A stretch of 64,000 nt of DNA from Girardia tigrina (lineage: Eukaryota). This document shows, piece after piece, positions 12,733 to 24,900 of the stretch (its first letter is position 1; each line of letters starts with the position of its first letter). The DNA lies in contig MQRK01214676.1 of assembly GCA_001938485.1 (NCBI GenBank), positions 1-64,000 on the forward strand. Direction: 5' to 3'. Position numbers and translations under genes: made by a program. The notes under the pieces were generated by a model. It did no database searches and was not told the DNA's origin. It saw only the letters and a list, made by a program, of their open reading frames with translations.

Positions 12733-14939
12733 CTGATTGGCAGCATCAATTTTGCAGTGTTTAGAAAGCAGAAGTTTCACAATTGATTCGTTGCCCTCCA
12801 TACAAGCCAAATGAATTGGTCTATTCTTAAACTGAAATATTTCAATGAATAATTCACACAACATTCGATCATTTACGTCATCCTCGGCTTCCAAATTGCA
12901 ATTGTTACTGACTAACAATTCGGCAATCTCTGGTTGATTATAGACGCACGCATAATGTAATGGAGTTCTTTTATCCTGAATAAACAACAAATAATGTTCC
13001 ATGTTTCATTACAATAATACCTCATTTGTTGCTTCAAGGTCGCAGTTGTGAGAAATTAGTAACTTTGCTATTTCTAAATAGCCATTCTTGCAAACAACAT
13101 GGATTGGTCTCTCGAGATTCTAGTGTCTTTTATTAACAAATTGAAGATTGTTTTACTTTTACTTGCCTTATTTTCAGATTCGATATTGCAAGATCTTCCA
13201 AGAAGCATTTTGACAATCTTGCAAGATTCCTTCTGTTGACGTTTACGGCGCTATAATAAATAAATATTTATTTTATTTCTTTAAATAGAAAATTACAAGA
13301 GCATCACGATCTCTTTCATTCATGAATAAGTTATTCAATATATCACGAATTGAAATTCGACCTTCTTTTTTACAAGCCAAATGTAATGGAGTATCTAAAT
13401 CTTATTAATATTCAAATTTTATTTCAAAATAATAATAATATAAAAATTACTCCATTTTTGGCCTCAAGGTCACAATGTTTGGATAATAAATATTCGAGAG
13501 CATTCACGTGACCTTCTTTTATTAATATATGTATCGCTCTATCTTTATTCTAATGAAAATTTTTGATAACATTTGTTTGATCTAAATAACAAACCTGATC
13601 TTCGATTTCCACATTGCAATTGTTTTCTATGAGTATTCTCATTATATCGATATGTCCCCCCAAACATGCCTGATGCAATGGAGTTCGCTTATTCTATTAT
13701 TCGTGTAAAACAATATTTTAAATTATTATTATTATTTTACATTGTTTTGAATATCGATGAAAGACGTTCGAGCAACTATTTCTTTTACAAACTTCACAAT
13801 ACCATTTCTACAAGCCAAATGGAATGGAGTATCTAAATTCTAGTAATATTCAAATTTTATTTCAAAATAATAATATAAAAATTACTCCATTTTTGGCCTC
13901 AAGGTCACATTGTTTGGATAATAAATATTCGAGAGCTTCCACACGACTCCATTTTATTATTATATGTATCGCTCTATCTTTATTCTAATGAAGATTGTTG
14001 ATAACATTTGTTTGATCTAAATAACAAACCTCATCTTCGATTTCCACATTGCAATTGTTTTCTATGAGTATTTCCATTATATCGATATATCCCCCCTGAC
14101 AAGCCTGATGGAATGGTGTTCGTTTATTCTATTATTCGTGTAAAACAATATTTTAAAAAATTATTATTATTTTACATTGTTTTGAATATCGATGAAAGAC
14201 GTTCGAGCAACTATTTCTTTTACAATATCCACATAACCCATTTTACAAGCATAATGTAATAGAGTATCTTTATTCTTAAAACCAATTTTAATTGTTTTAA
14301 TCATATTGTTTGTTCACAGTTATGAATCAATAAATTACATTATTTATTTCGACATTACAGTTTCTGGATAACAGTAATCTTAATATGTTTTCGTTGTCTT
14401 CTAAAAGTGCTAAACCAAGGATTATTTCTCCACACTAAAATTGTCAATGTTCTTTTGACAAAAGAATTAAAAGTACAAACATTAGTTAGATCTTCACAAT
14501 CGCAATTGTTTTTAAGAAGTATTTCAACAATTGACAAATGACAATGAATAGATGCCCAATGCAATGGAGTTTCGCCTTCCTAAAAATCTTTAAATTTTTT
14601 TTAATAAATTTACATCAATTACTTTATTTTTGACGTCGATGTTACACTTTTTATCGATCAGTACTTCAAGCATCTTGACATCTCCGTTCTGACACGCCAG
14701 ATGGATCAATGTATTTTCCTCCTGCATTTCGGCACTATTTTATACGTTGATCATTATATATAAAGTTACAGAATCAGTAAATTCAAAATCGAATTCGTCA
14801 TTCGATAAAATATTCGCGATCACTTCGTCGTCCAACGGTTTTTTGATTCTCTCCATCTTTAAGAAGGATCAATAAATACACTCAAATACAATTTCGATCA
14901 AACCATTTCGAAAATGTCTCTGCTCGAATATTTCAACAT
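12733..14939 (-). CDS. Multi-exon ankyrin-repeat protein (~13 repeats, mostly one 99-nt phase-0 exon per repeat)
   Basis: MLKYSSRDIFEM/MERIKKP.../EENTLIHLACQNGD.../EGETPLHWAS.../CGEIILGLAL.../NKDTLLHYACKMG.../NKRTPFHQAC.../NKDRAIH.../NLDTPFHLAC.../NKRTPLHQAC.../NKDRAIH.../DLDTPLHLAC.../RRKRQ.../NLERPIH.../DKRTPLHYAC.../FKNRPIHLAC...AANQ. Introns are ~43-65 nt, one is GC-AG, and the acceptor at 13401 is defective. The last exon ends at a GT donor, not a stop. Confidence 0.9.
13370..14225 (-). repeat. Tandem duplication (period ~435 bp) of three ankyrin exons plus introns
   Basis: cattgttttgaatatcgatgaaagacgttcgagcaactatttcttttaca occurs at 13740 and 14175, and the flanking introns are near-identical. 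Confidence 0.95.
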
Positions 14940-15720
14940 TTCGTTATTTCGTAAATTATTATTCTTAACATAAAATTATAAATTTATTATCAAATTTAAA
15001 ATCTTACATTCATTTTGTTTAAAAAAATGTATAAATTTGATTTTATTAAAACGAATTTGTTATTTTTAAGAATATTTATGTTATTTTTTATTTAAACAAA
15101 ATTATTAAATAAACATTTTCAAATTTTTACAAAAAAATATTGGAACAGATCAACGATAAGGATCAAAACAAAATGGTATTTTGATCGGTCTGACAGAAAG
15201 ATGGAGCGTGAAGGTTGTAGAGAGGTCGCTGGAAAAATCTCTGAGTCGTCTTCAGAAAATAATAAATCATTTTAATTTTCAAATATATTTTAATTCGAAT
15301 CGAATTTTCTTTTTTGTCTTAAATAACAAAAACAAATTCAATTTTTATTTTTTATCATAAAAATTCTTTTTCTATTTACTTTGTGAATTATTTCTTGTAA
15401 ACAATGAGAAGATAAAAGAGGCTTCAGCGAGACGCGCTTTGCATGATTGTTATTTTTTTAAATATGAAACGCCATTTTTCAAAATTTATTGTACTTAATT
15501 TCAGCATTTTCCGTGTGATATGCCGATTAAATTAACATTAATTTTTGGATAAAATACATTATTGTCTTGTGTGCTTGTTTTTTTTAATTTTTGTGTTGTA
15601 TGTTCGTGTGTGTTTTGTAATTATGAGGGGTTAATTTAAATTAGCATCTCGACAGAATAATTTATTATTTTTTTTAATTTTAAAGGTAAAATATTTTAAT
15701 TTTAATGTGCTTATTATATA

Positions 15721-16315
15721 CTCCCTCCGTCCGGAAATATGGTATACAACAGACAGTATTTCAACAGACATCGTAGATTATCGTGATTATAAAAATATAT
15801 TTGCAACTGTCATTACATTGTTATAGTAAATCCTCATGACAATATAACCTGAAATATTTGACGTAAGCAATATCATTCTTAATTAAAAACTTAACACTCA
15901 AACATCAGTGTTTCTTGAGACAAATAAAATTAATACCGCTGCAGGACGAGTAAAATTACTAAATGTATAAAAACATTTCAAATACATTCCAGAATCGTGC
16001 ATATTGATAAATTGTTAATAATAAGAAGAAAAAATCTGTTACAGTAGTACATTGCAAAAATATGATCATGGAAAATGTAATTCCAGCAACTAAATCTAAA
16101 TTTCCGCCAGCATACAAAAAGAAAACAATTTACGTACAACAAGACAATGTTCCAAAGAAACGTACAATAAAGCCAAATTAAATTTCGAGTGAAAAAAATC
16201 ATTCTTATTTAATTAAAATGTTTCAAATAAAGTTAATATAATATACTTCTCATGTACATTTTTTGATTTATTTTATTTTTTCGCAAATGTATCCCATATT
16301 TCCGGACGGAGGGAG
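15721..16315 (+). mobile_element. Internally deleted DD39D (plant-type) Tc1/mariner element with Stowaway-type TIRs
   Basis: TA-CTCCCTCCGTCCGGAAATATGG ... CCATATTTCCGGACGGAGGGAG. The internal + strand encodes IVHIDK and KSVT...MENVIPATKSKFPPAYKKKTIYVQQDNVP. Confidence 0.85.
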
Positions 16316-18270
16316 TTTCCGCAGCCGGAGACATCGTCGGTCAACTCTCTCGAGACAGTCGCGCGTCGGCCTTAATCACCCACAGATCCTCGGAGCGAGG
16401 AGTCGGAATCCGACCGAGCGGACCGGTGTGAGAGCGGTGAACGACGATTGCGACGTGGGACGACGCCAGATGTGACAATCCGTGCTGAAGGTTCTGGTCC
16501 ACGAGAAACATAACGTTCGAAAAAGTCATATTGAGCAAAGTTTTATTCATATCAACGAAAGTTTTATTTACATCGACATCGAAATCATAATATTTTCATC
16601 ATTTTATTACAAAAGTGAAGCGATGAAACAACGAAATTTGTTGTATAAATTTTTTTAAAGTTATTGTTTTTTATTTCATTTACTTCATTTTTTTGGTTGT
16701 TTTTGAGGATCACTACAAGAACCCCAGCCGAAGAATGCTGAGCATGTTGGAAGTATGTCAGCTCGATTGAGATTAGATCCTTGAAGAGCTTGGGGTGAGA
16801 GAATCGGATGATTGCGGGGAAGAGAGGCTGATGACCTGCAAGGGATGAATTGTTCATTGAAACGCATTTTTGGGTGGTGTAGTTTGTTGTTTGTTGATGT
16901 GTGGTTTGCTTGGCGTGCATGTAATGATGTTGTCTTGTAAGTATGTGTTGTTTCTTGTCGTGTGATTTTTTTGACATGCATGTGTTGATGTTTGTTGTTT
17001 CATATGTTACTGCTATATTGTTTGACGTGATTGGTGTTATATGGTCACGGAAACGAGCTGGGCGTATGATGTTCCTCTGTAATGGAGTCCTGGCGGGGTT
17101 GGAAATATGTGGACTGGTTGCCGTTGCAGCTTTTTTGGGGTTGAATGGTGGTTGAGGAATCTGATCGTCGGGGTTGGTGTTGTCTTGCTGAGTCGCGATT
17201 CTTTATTCTGGAACGTCTTCCAATTGAAGTCAAGGCTTGAGATTGCAGATGTTTACAGTGATCGCCTTGCTGTTAACCAAGATTTTGGCCGTGTTGTTGT
17301 CTAGGGCGATGTTCAGGAGTTTATATGGCCCGGTTTAAGGTCTTCCAGTGAGTCTGTGGTCTCTTTTTGAAGCCAGACGAATTTGGCGGTGGTTTTGGAA
17401 TGAAGATATATTGTCCTCCGGACTTAGGTGGCATTCTGTTGGCTTGCAGGAAGTGTTCACACGCCGCCGTTAACATCTCCTCATCACTTGATGCTTCATT
17501 GAAGACGAGTTCGTTTTTTAGCGAGGTGTTGGTCCCGAAAAGCATTTAGGCAGGAGATGTTCCATATCGACTGTGGGGAATGTTCCGCCAGGCTAGTAGG
17601 ATAGTTGGCAGATGCTTTGCCCAGTCATGCTTCTGGCCTCTTTGGGATGCCGAAGCGTGAAATCCAATATCTGACGAGGATTTCGATGATGGTCTCGGCA
17701 GACATTAACCTAATCGGGAAAGTCTCTGGACATCTTGTGTTCCTGTCAAGAATTCTGAGGATGTACTGGTAGCCTGAGAGATTGGAAGAGGCCCGATGAC
17801 GTCCATATGAACCGTATCGAAACGGCTTCCAGTGGGGAAAGTCAAGGTGGATGGTCTGGTGTATTTGGTAACTTTGTCCTTCTGACACTGGAAACACGTA
17901 CGACACCAAAGGGAAATATCTTTGCGCATGAAGGGCCAGATTACCTTGTTTCTGATTAGTTGATAGGTGGCCTTCGCACCTGGATGTGATGAGTTGTGCA
18001 CTCCTCGAAAGGCTTGAGTCTGCAAATCCTGGCCGAGTACGGGTCTGAGACATCCGGGTTGCGACGTATCATAGTAAACGTTCCCCCTTAGTCGGTGGAT
18101 TCGTAAAATGACTGAGATCCTTCATAGACGGTGGAACGGTTCTAAACTTCAGTGGTGAACAACGGTCCGAAGTCAAGGCTCATTACATCAGCCCTGAAGA
18201 GGCAATCCGCTACCAAATTATCGGCTCCTTTGATATGTTTGACCTGAATGTTAAACTGAGATAGGTAACC
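16316..18270 (-). mobile_element. Ty3/Gypsy remnant (RNase H end, integrase, probable LTR)
   Basis: HIKGADNLVADCL; HNSSHPGAKAT...WPFMRKDISLWCRTCFQCQ (HHCC); FDTVHMDVIGPLP; WISRFGIP; internal deletion and stops. Confidence 0.9.
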
Positions 18271-18274
18271 GATT

Positions 18275-18880
18275 TGATGTTGCTGTATATAACTTATTTT
18301 ATTTATGCAACATATAACTTCGTCTATTTATTTATCAAAATACCTTCGTTGTCTATAAACTTTACTAATACCGGCTCCCCATTAGTTTCTATTTTGTGTT
18401 TCGTCAAAGATGTTTTCCCAATATCCTATTTATCTGCCATGAATATCGACTTAAACTATTTAATCATGTTCATCAACTGATCATCGATCTTACCTCTGTG
18501 TAATTCCGTTATCCTTTCAATGTGTCTTCATCGGATTGGCTATCCATTATCATAAATAAATCACTATTTTATATTGATTTCTTAATCAGCTTTATCCCAA
18601 AATTATCCAAAAAGTCCACTCTTGCTATCATTTCTGGGTTCATTCCTTTGACAACATAGAATTTTATATTCTTTTGGTTCCCTTCAATTTTAATCATCAA
18701 GAGTATTGTTCCATATTTATTAATTTCGAAGCATTTGAGCATGCTATACCTCGTCGGGATTCTATAATCCTAATATTTGGTATATTTTTAATTAAACTTA
18801 ATTCAATCCCATTTACTCTAGCACCCGTGTCTAAAAGACAGTGTACTTCTCTATGTTTAATGTAAAAATTTATACTTGGT
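18275..18880 (-). mobile_element. Ty3/Gypsy protease to pre-RT fragment
   Basis: REVHCLLDTGARVN (aspartic protease); DIGKTSLTKHKIETNGEPV. Confidence 0.8.
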
Positions 18881-18899
18881 CAGATAAGAAATCAAGATA

Positions 18900-19695
18900 A
18901 GAAAGAACATCTACAAAGAATAAAGAATGTGTTTCAAAAAATCAAAGAATCAGGTTTGAAGATAAATTCAGAGAAATATCAATTTCTAGTAGAAAAGTCA
19001 ACTTTTTTGGCTGTGTAATAAGTAAAAAAACAGATAATAATTATAGAAACAGATAAAACAAAGATTGATGCGATTAACAAATTTCAAAACCCATCATGTA
19101 TTAAACATCTAAGGAGTTTCTTGGGTTTAACAATTTCCAACTGGAAATTCATAAAAGATTAGGCAAGATATTTGAAAGTTTTAGAAGGCATGCGTGGTAA
19201 AAACAAGGATAAGAAATAATATGGATAAAAGAATGTGACGAAGCTTTTAAGATATTAAAAGAAAGAATGATTCAAACTCCACTCTTGGCACATCCAGACT
19301 TCGATAAAGAATTTATTTTGGACACAAATGCAAGTTTCGATACGATTGAACCAGTAATGTCACTAAAAGACTCGAGTGGATGAGAAAGAGTTACTGCATA
19401 TGATTCTCATAAGATGAATACACATAAACTTGGTTATTGCATTACCAGAAAAGAATTACTTGCAATAAATTATTTCACTCAGCATTTTAAGCATTTCTTA
19501 TATGGAATAAGATTCTTGTTGTGAACAGATCACTAAGCTATTACCTTTTTGATGACCACAAAGAACCTAATAACACCGCAATTTCAAACATGGATAAATT
19601 TTCTCATCGGTCTGGATATGATAACGGAATACAGGAATGGTGATAGACATTCAAAGGCAGATGCTACGTCGAGAAACGCTTGCGAATTATGTCGT
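18900..19695 (+). mobile_element. Ty3/Gypsy RT thumb and RNase H fragment
   Basis: LRSFLGL...ECDEAFKILKERMIQTPLLAHPDFDKEFILDTNAS...GYCITRKELLAI...TDH*AI...ADATSR. Confidence 0.9.
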
Positions 19696-19699
19696 CTCT

Positions 19700-21300
19700 T
19701 CTGTAGTAGATGAAGTAATTCATTCTTATTGATCCAGCCAATTAATTGGTTACACAAGAGAATTGTTATATTTTAAAAATGCATTCCTGCAGAGCAACTT
19801 CTCTCTAAGACGACGGCAAATGATACTCTTTTGGAATCATTAAAGTGTTGCCATTCTTCCAAGACTGAGGAGTTTAAAATCTTTCAAGTATCATTTTTAA
19901 AAGGTGATGGAGAAGAATGCCTGAAGCATCACAAAATAATAAATCTTTGTAAGTATTACCACTACTCCCAGGAGCTGATTGAGATTTACTTTGAAGACAC
20001 GTAACAATCTCTTCAGGAGTATGGATATGAAATTCAAAGTGGGAACCCCTTTTATAATAGTTATGATTATAAGTAATATTGCAAAGATTGATTTGATAAC
20101 TACAATTATTAGTAATAAATTCAGTAAAAACCTTTGGAGAAGGATAAGAGTCTGCCAGAACAAATGGAAGAATATGTTTCATTGCTGCTTTTGGATTAGA
20201 ATTGAGCCATTCATCTTTCCGCGCTTCTCAGGCTTACCCAAATACGGTGTCCTTAGTTTTACTTTTCTAATTAAGTAAAAATTATTTAACTCATTTTAAA
20301 GAATATTTTCATGTCAGAAGAAGCATAATTTGTTAATATCTTTTCAGCTACTGCAACACGAGCAGAACAGAGCATTGTAGAAGTTTTAATGTGTTTTTTC
20401 TTCGGTTTCTGAATTTTAGTGTTTAATATGATTCTTCTTGCATGAAGACGGATACATTGCACGGTAATAATATTATTTTTATTATCATTGACTTTGTATG
20501 ATCGAGTGTAGTTTTGAGCAGCATCCACTATAGAGATTTGTGGGTGATGCAGACAATTATGATACACAGAGTCGCTAAATGCAGTAAACTCTTTTTGATA
20601 TACAGAGTTTCTCAGTAACCTGTCAGAGAACTGACAGAAAGATTTGCAGAAAAGAGAAAGCAGTGGGAATTACGGAAAAAAGAAAGGAAAGTGACCAACA
20701 ATATCACAAAGGAGAAGTTTATCAAGATATAGTATCTGTTCTTCGAAAGAATTGCTCGGGTTAGGCAAACAGGAAAAACAAAAGTAGAAGGAGAGTTGAT
20801 GTACTTGACATAGTATGCATCAACATAAGAATGATCAAAAGAGAGATAGTTAAGAAGCTTGATAACAGGAGTCTTCCCATATCCTAGTTAATCAGAATGA
20901 GTGTCTGAAGAGAGAGAAAAGAGAAGAAGACGGAGAAGGAAGGGGGAAACCTCAGGACAAAAGGACGATCAAGAAAATAAGAGAAGGAAAAGACGGACAA
21001 GAGTCCACAGTCCGATGAGTTCACCTGAGCAAATCTGTTATCAATATGACATGCAGCAGGATTAAAAAAAATTGTAAAATTGAAGGAGTTTATTTTGTTA
21101 ACAATTAATTTAGAACAAACCTCTGCTGCATGGGCAAATTCAGAAAAGGGCTCAAAAGGATCAAACCAGAAGGAGGCACCTCTGACATAGTCTATTAATT
21201 AGTGATTGATTTTGGAGTAATATTGATAGTAGATGAATCGACATCACCAACAGGGATTTAAGAACCAATTTCAGGAGAAAACGATGCGAGTTTTCAAATC
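19700..21300 (-). mobile_element. Degenerate non-LTR retrotransposon (probably RLE-type), N-terminal to early RT region
   Basis: EEIVTCLQSKSQSAPGSSGNTYKDL...PQSWKNGNTLMIPK...WINKNELLHLLQK; the upstream frame is mostly open to ~20760; 5' limit approximate. Confidence 0.7.
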
Positions 21301-21959
21301 ACAGCTTATTAATGTGGAAAATATAAATCTTCTAAAACGAACGATAACCGTTAAATCAAAAGTAATAAATGAATTTCGGTTCTCCTTTACAGGATACTGA
21401 ATTTCAGTTTTAACTTTGATAATTAAAATAGAAAAGATTTAATCAATTATAATAAATTTACTTTACTATACGATTTCTTTTTTATATCAACATTTGTAAT
21501 TTTTGGTCGTACTATGACTGAATTCATTGCTGTTTATATACTGATTTTACTAACCTTGAAAACTGATTAACTAAAACAATTCTCAAATTATTTTCAAATA
21601 TTCTACAAATTTTATCAAAATAACTATTATGTGAATCGAAAATTATTAATTTTTATCAGAAAATTATTTTCAATTTTTTTACAAGAGTTTTTAGTTAAAA
21701 TTTTAATTTATATTTTTTGGAACCCCAACAATATTAATTTCATAAACAGTTATATGAATCTAAACACGAGATGAATGAAGCTAACTTAAATTACTGTTCC
21801 CAAATTGATTGGTCTGCGGACTTTTTGTGAAAAAATGGCTTTAGTGGACCTGTTTTATGCTAGAAAATAAACTCAGTAACTGTTCCTAAAAATGTGGGCT
21901 TGGGTTTAAGGTGTCCAGTTATTGTTATGTTATATCCATACTTGTTTTCGCAAAAATGT

Positions 21960-24900
21960 ATCTCGGTTTTGCTTTAAAAAAAATTTAACAGTTCTCGTTC
22001 TTTGAAAAAATATTGACTCGCTTTCATAACCGCTACAAAATGTCGAATGATCCTGTCTATGGACCTTTGAATTTGGGCCACTGAGTAAAGCTGTCGCAGC
22101 AGTTTTACCAAATAGGATGAGATATTCCGATGCTGTTAGAAAACAAAACATGAATAATTATCAACCTCGGAAAATGGGATTTCACCAACCACATGAAAGG
22201 GAAAACAAACAATTAATAATGAAATATGAAAATTTCAATAATCAGCCAAAACTTGCGAACCAACAACAAAATTTCCCGAACGAATCAATGAAGTCGATTG
22301 CCAAGAGATATTGTTATAAAGTTTGGGGAAGACAAGAACCACTGCCTGATCTTTTAAAACCGGGTCACTGTTTTTGTTGCGGAGAAGCGGGACATAGAAG
22401 AATTGACTGTCTTTTAAATGAAAGATGCCTAGTTTATGTGAAAGAAGATCATAATTTTCGAGATTGTTAAAAAATACACAAATCAAATAGGAGAGAAGCC
22501 ACGTCGCAACCAATTTTATGCATAGAAGAAGAAGAAGATTTGATTGAATATATCACTGATTTTAATGATTCAGACAGCAACTCAGAAGTTCAATTTGAGA
22601 AGCAAGAAAAAAATGGTCCGCAAGCCACGATAGCTATCTCGTCCGTCGGGTTACATCAATAAAGGAAATAAATTTCAGAGATAGAAAAAATACAGAGAAG
22701 AATAAGAAAATGTATCAGAAGGCAGATGGTAGATTATGGAGCAGGGTTGTATGCAATGGGACAGAGTTCGAGATTTTGTGGGATTCAGGAGCCTCAGTTT
22801 CAGTAATGGATGTATAATGTTGGAAGGAAATTGGTGATCCACCGTTGAAACCGTCAAGTGAGAAGTTGATGGGTGTTTTTCGTCGGGCTGTGAAGCATCT
22901 TTGAATAAAAATAAAATCAACATTCAATGGGGCTACAAACAGAATACAATAGAAGTATATGTTGTGAAGGACTTAGTACCAGTCTTTATCGGGGGAATAG
23001 ACATCCTGAAGATGTTCAGAGTATATCTTAAAGAAGTATTCGTGATGGAAACACAAGAAGCAGCTGTACAGATAAATACTCAGTTTAGAGTGGATAAAGC
23101 ACTTAATATTTTTGCTTTAAAGAATATTCACAACCTTATTCGACAATATGGCGAAATATTCATGGTTTCTACTTTCGATTATGAATACACAACAGTTTTA
23201 AAATACTACATTAACACAACTGGTTCACCAGAGGCCATAAATAGAGAAGATTACCTCTACATTTGGAAACTGAATTGAATATCCTGATAAAGCAGTTATC
23301 AGAAAATCAAGTCATAAAGACGTGTCAAAGTCCATGGAACTCTTAGCTGGTGATATATTCAATCAGAAAAATGATAATAATATTCGAATGTGCTTCGATT
23401 TCCGACGATTAAGCGCGATGACAGAAAAATTCACATTTCCGGTGCAAGATATCCACAGCATTTTACATGCACTGAGTGGAGCAGTTATGTTCTCTTCTAT
23501 CGACTTTGGTAGTGCTTACTACCAAGTGGAGTTGACAGAGGAGTCAAAATTTAAAACTGCTTTTAGTACCAAAATTGGACAATTTTTGCTTTAATCGCTT
23601 ACTTTTTGGATTGTGCACTGCTCCAGCAACTTTTCAATTTTTAATGCATCAAATATTTCGCAATACGCTGTATAAAGGAGTGATTGTCTATTTAGATGAT
23701 ATTTTAGAGTACAGTTCCTCTGAGAAGGGTCATGATGTTCTGCTTGAGGAAGTCTTTAGTTGTATTGCAAGTGCAGGTCTTAAAATCAATCCACAGAAGT
23801 GCCGTTTGAAACAGTTTGAAGTTAGATTTTTAGCACATGTAGTAAGTAGCAAATAAATAGAAACATGTGAAGATAAAATCAAATTGACTAATGAAGCACG
23901 GGTTCCAAAATGTGCAACTAAATTGCGTTCTTTCTTGGGTCTTGCCAATTACTACCGGTGATTTATCAAAGATTTTGCTAAAATATCAAAGCATTTATAT
24001 TCGGCCAGTGCCACTAAAGAGAAATTTTACTGGTCACAGGAGTGTGCAGACAGTTTTGATGAACTTAAAAAGTATCTTTCTTTAAGTACGGTATTATGTT
24101 TCCATAATATTAACCAAAAAATGGTACTAGATACATATGCCAGCTTCTTTACTATTGGAGGGGTATTAAGTCAAATTCAAGAAGATGGATCGGAACGGGT
24201 GATAGCTTATGGATCGAGAACCCTGAGTGAGCACGAAAATGGCTACTGTGTTACCTGAAAGGAAATGCTAGCATTAAAAGATTACATGCTGTTTTTCAGG
24301 CATTATTTATACGAAAAAAGTTCTTGGCTCGTACCGATTATAAAGCACTTTTATTTATGTCCCAGACAAGCAGACTACTCCGTTCTCAATTTCAGACATG
24401 AATTGAAGATCTGTCGGGTTTTCAATATGACTTAAAATACAGGAAAGGATCAGAATATTCAAATGTAGATGGGATCTCAAGATTGTCATAAGCATTGTGC
24501 GCTTAATGTATGACGAAACACGTCAGAGCTAAAGCAAGTAAGAGTAAAGTAAAGTATTTAAACACTTGTAGCACGATGGATCTCCACTATATAAAGGACA
24601 TCCAACGAGAAGATAAAAATATTTTGGAAATAAAAAAAAATAAAGAAAAATATTTTCATTAGAACTTAATGAACCACCTTCAATCTACATGGTCCCTTGT
24701 GGGAACACATTAATCACTTGATATTAGAAGATAAATTTCTGTGCTATCGGGATGGACATATAAAACGCGTTGTTGTTCGAGAAGCTGCTCAACAACGATT
24801 AATTCAGCACTTTTATCAAGATTTATGTCACATAGGATATAATAATTGTATGAATATATGTGCGATATCTATTTATGGCCACAAATGCGACAGACAATTG

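Noticed and set aside
20721-20743. atcaagatatagtatctgttctt resembles the U2 snRNA branch-recognition region (Utopia target)
   Set aside because: It lies antisense within a mostly open LINE reading frame (FEEQILYLDK) with no other U2 sequence around it, so it is likely coincidence.
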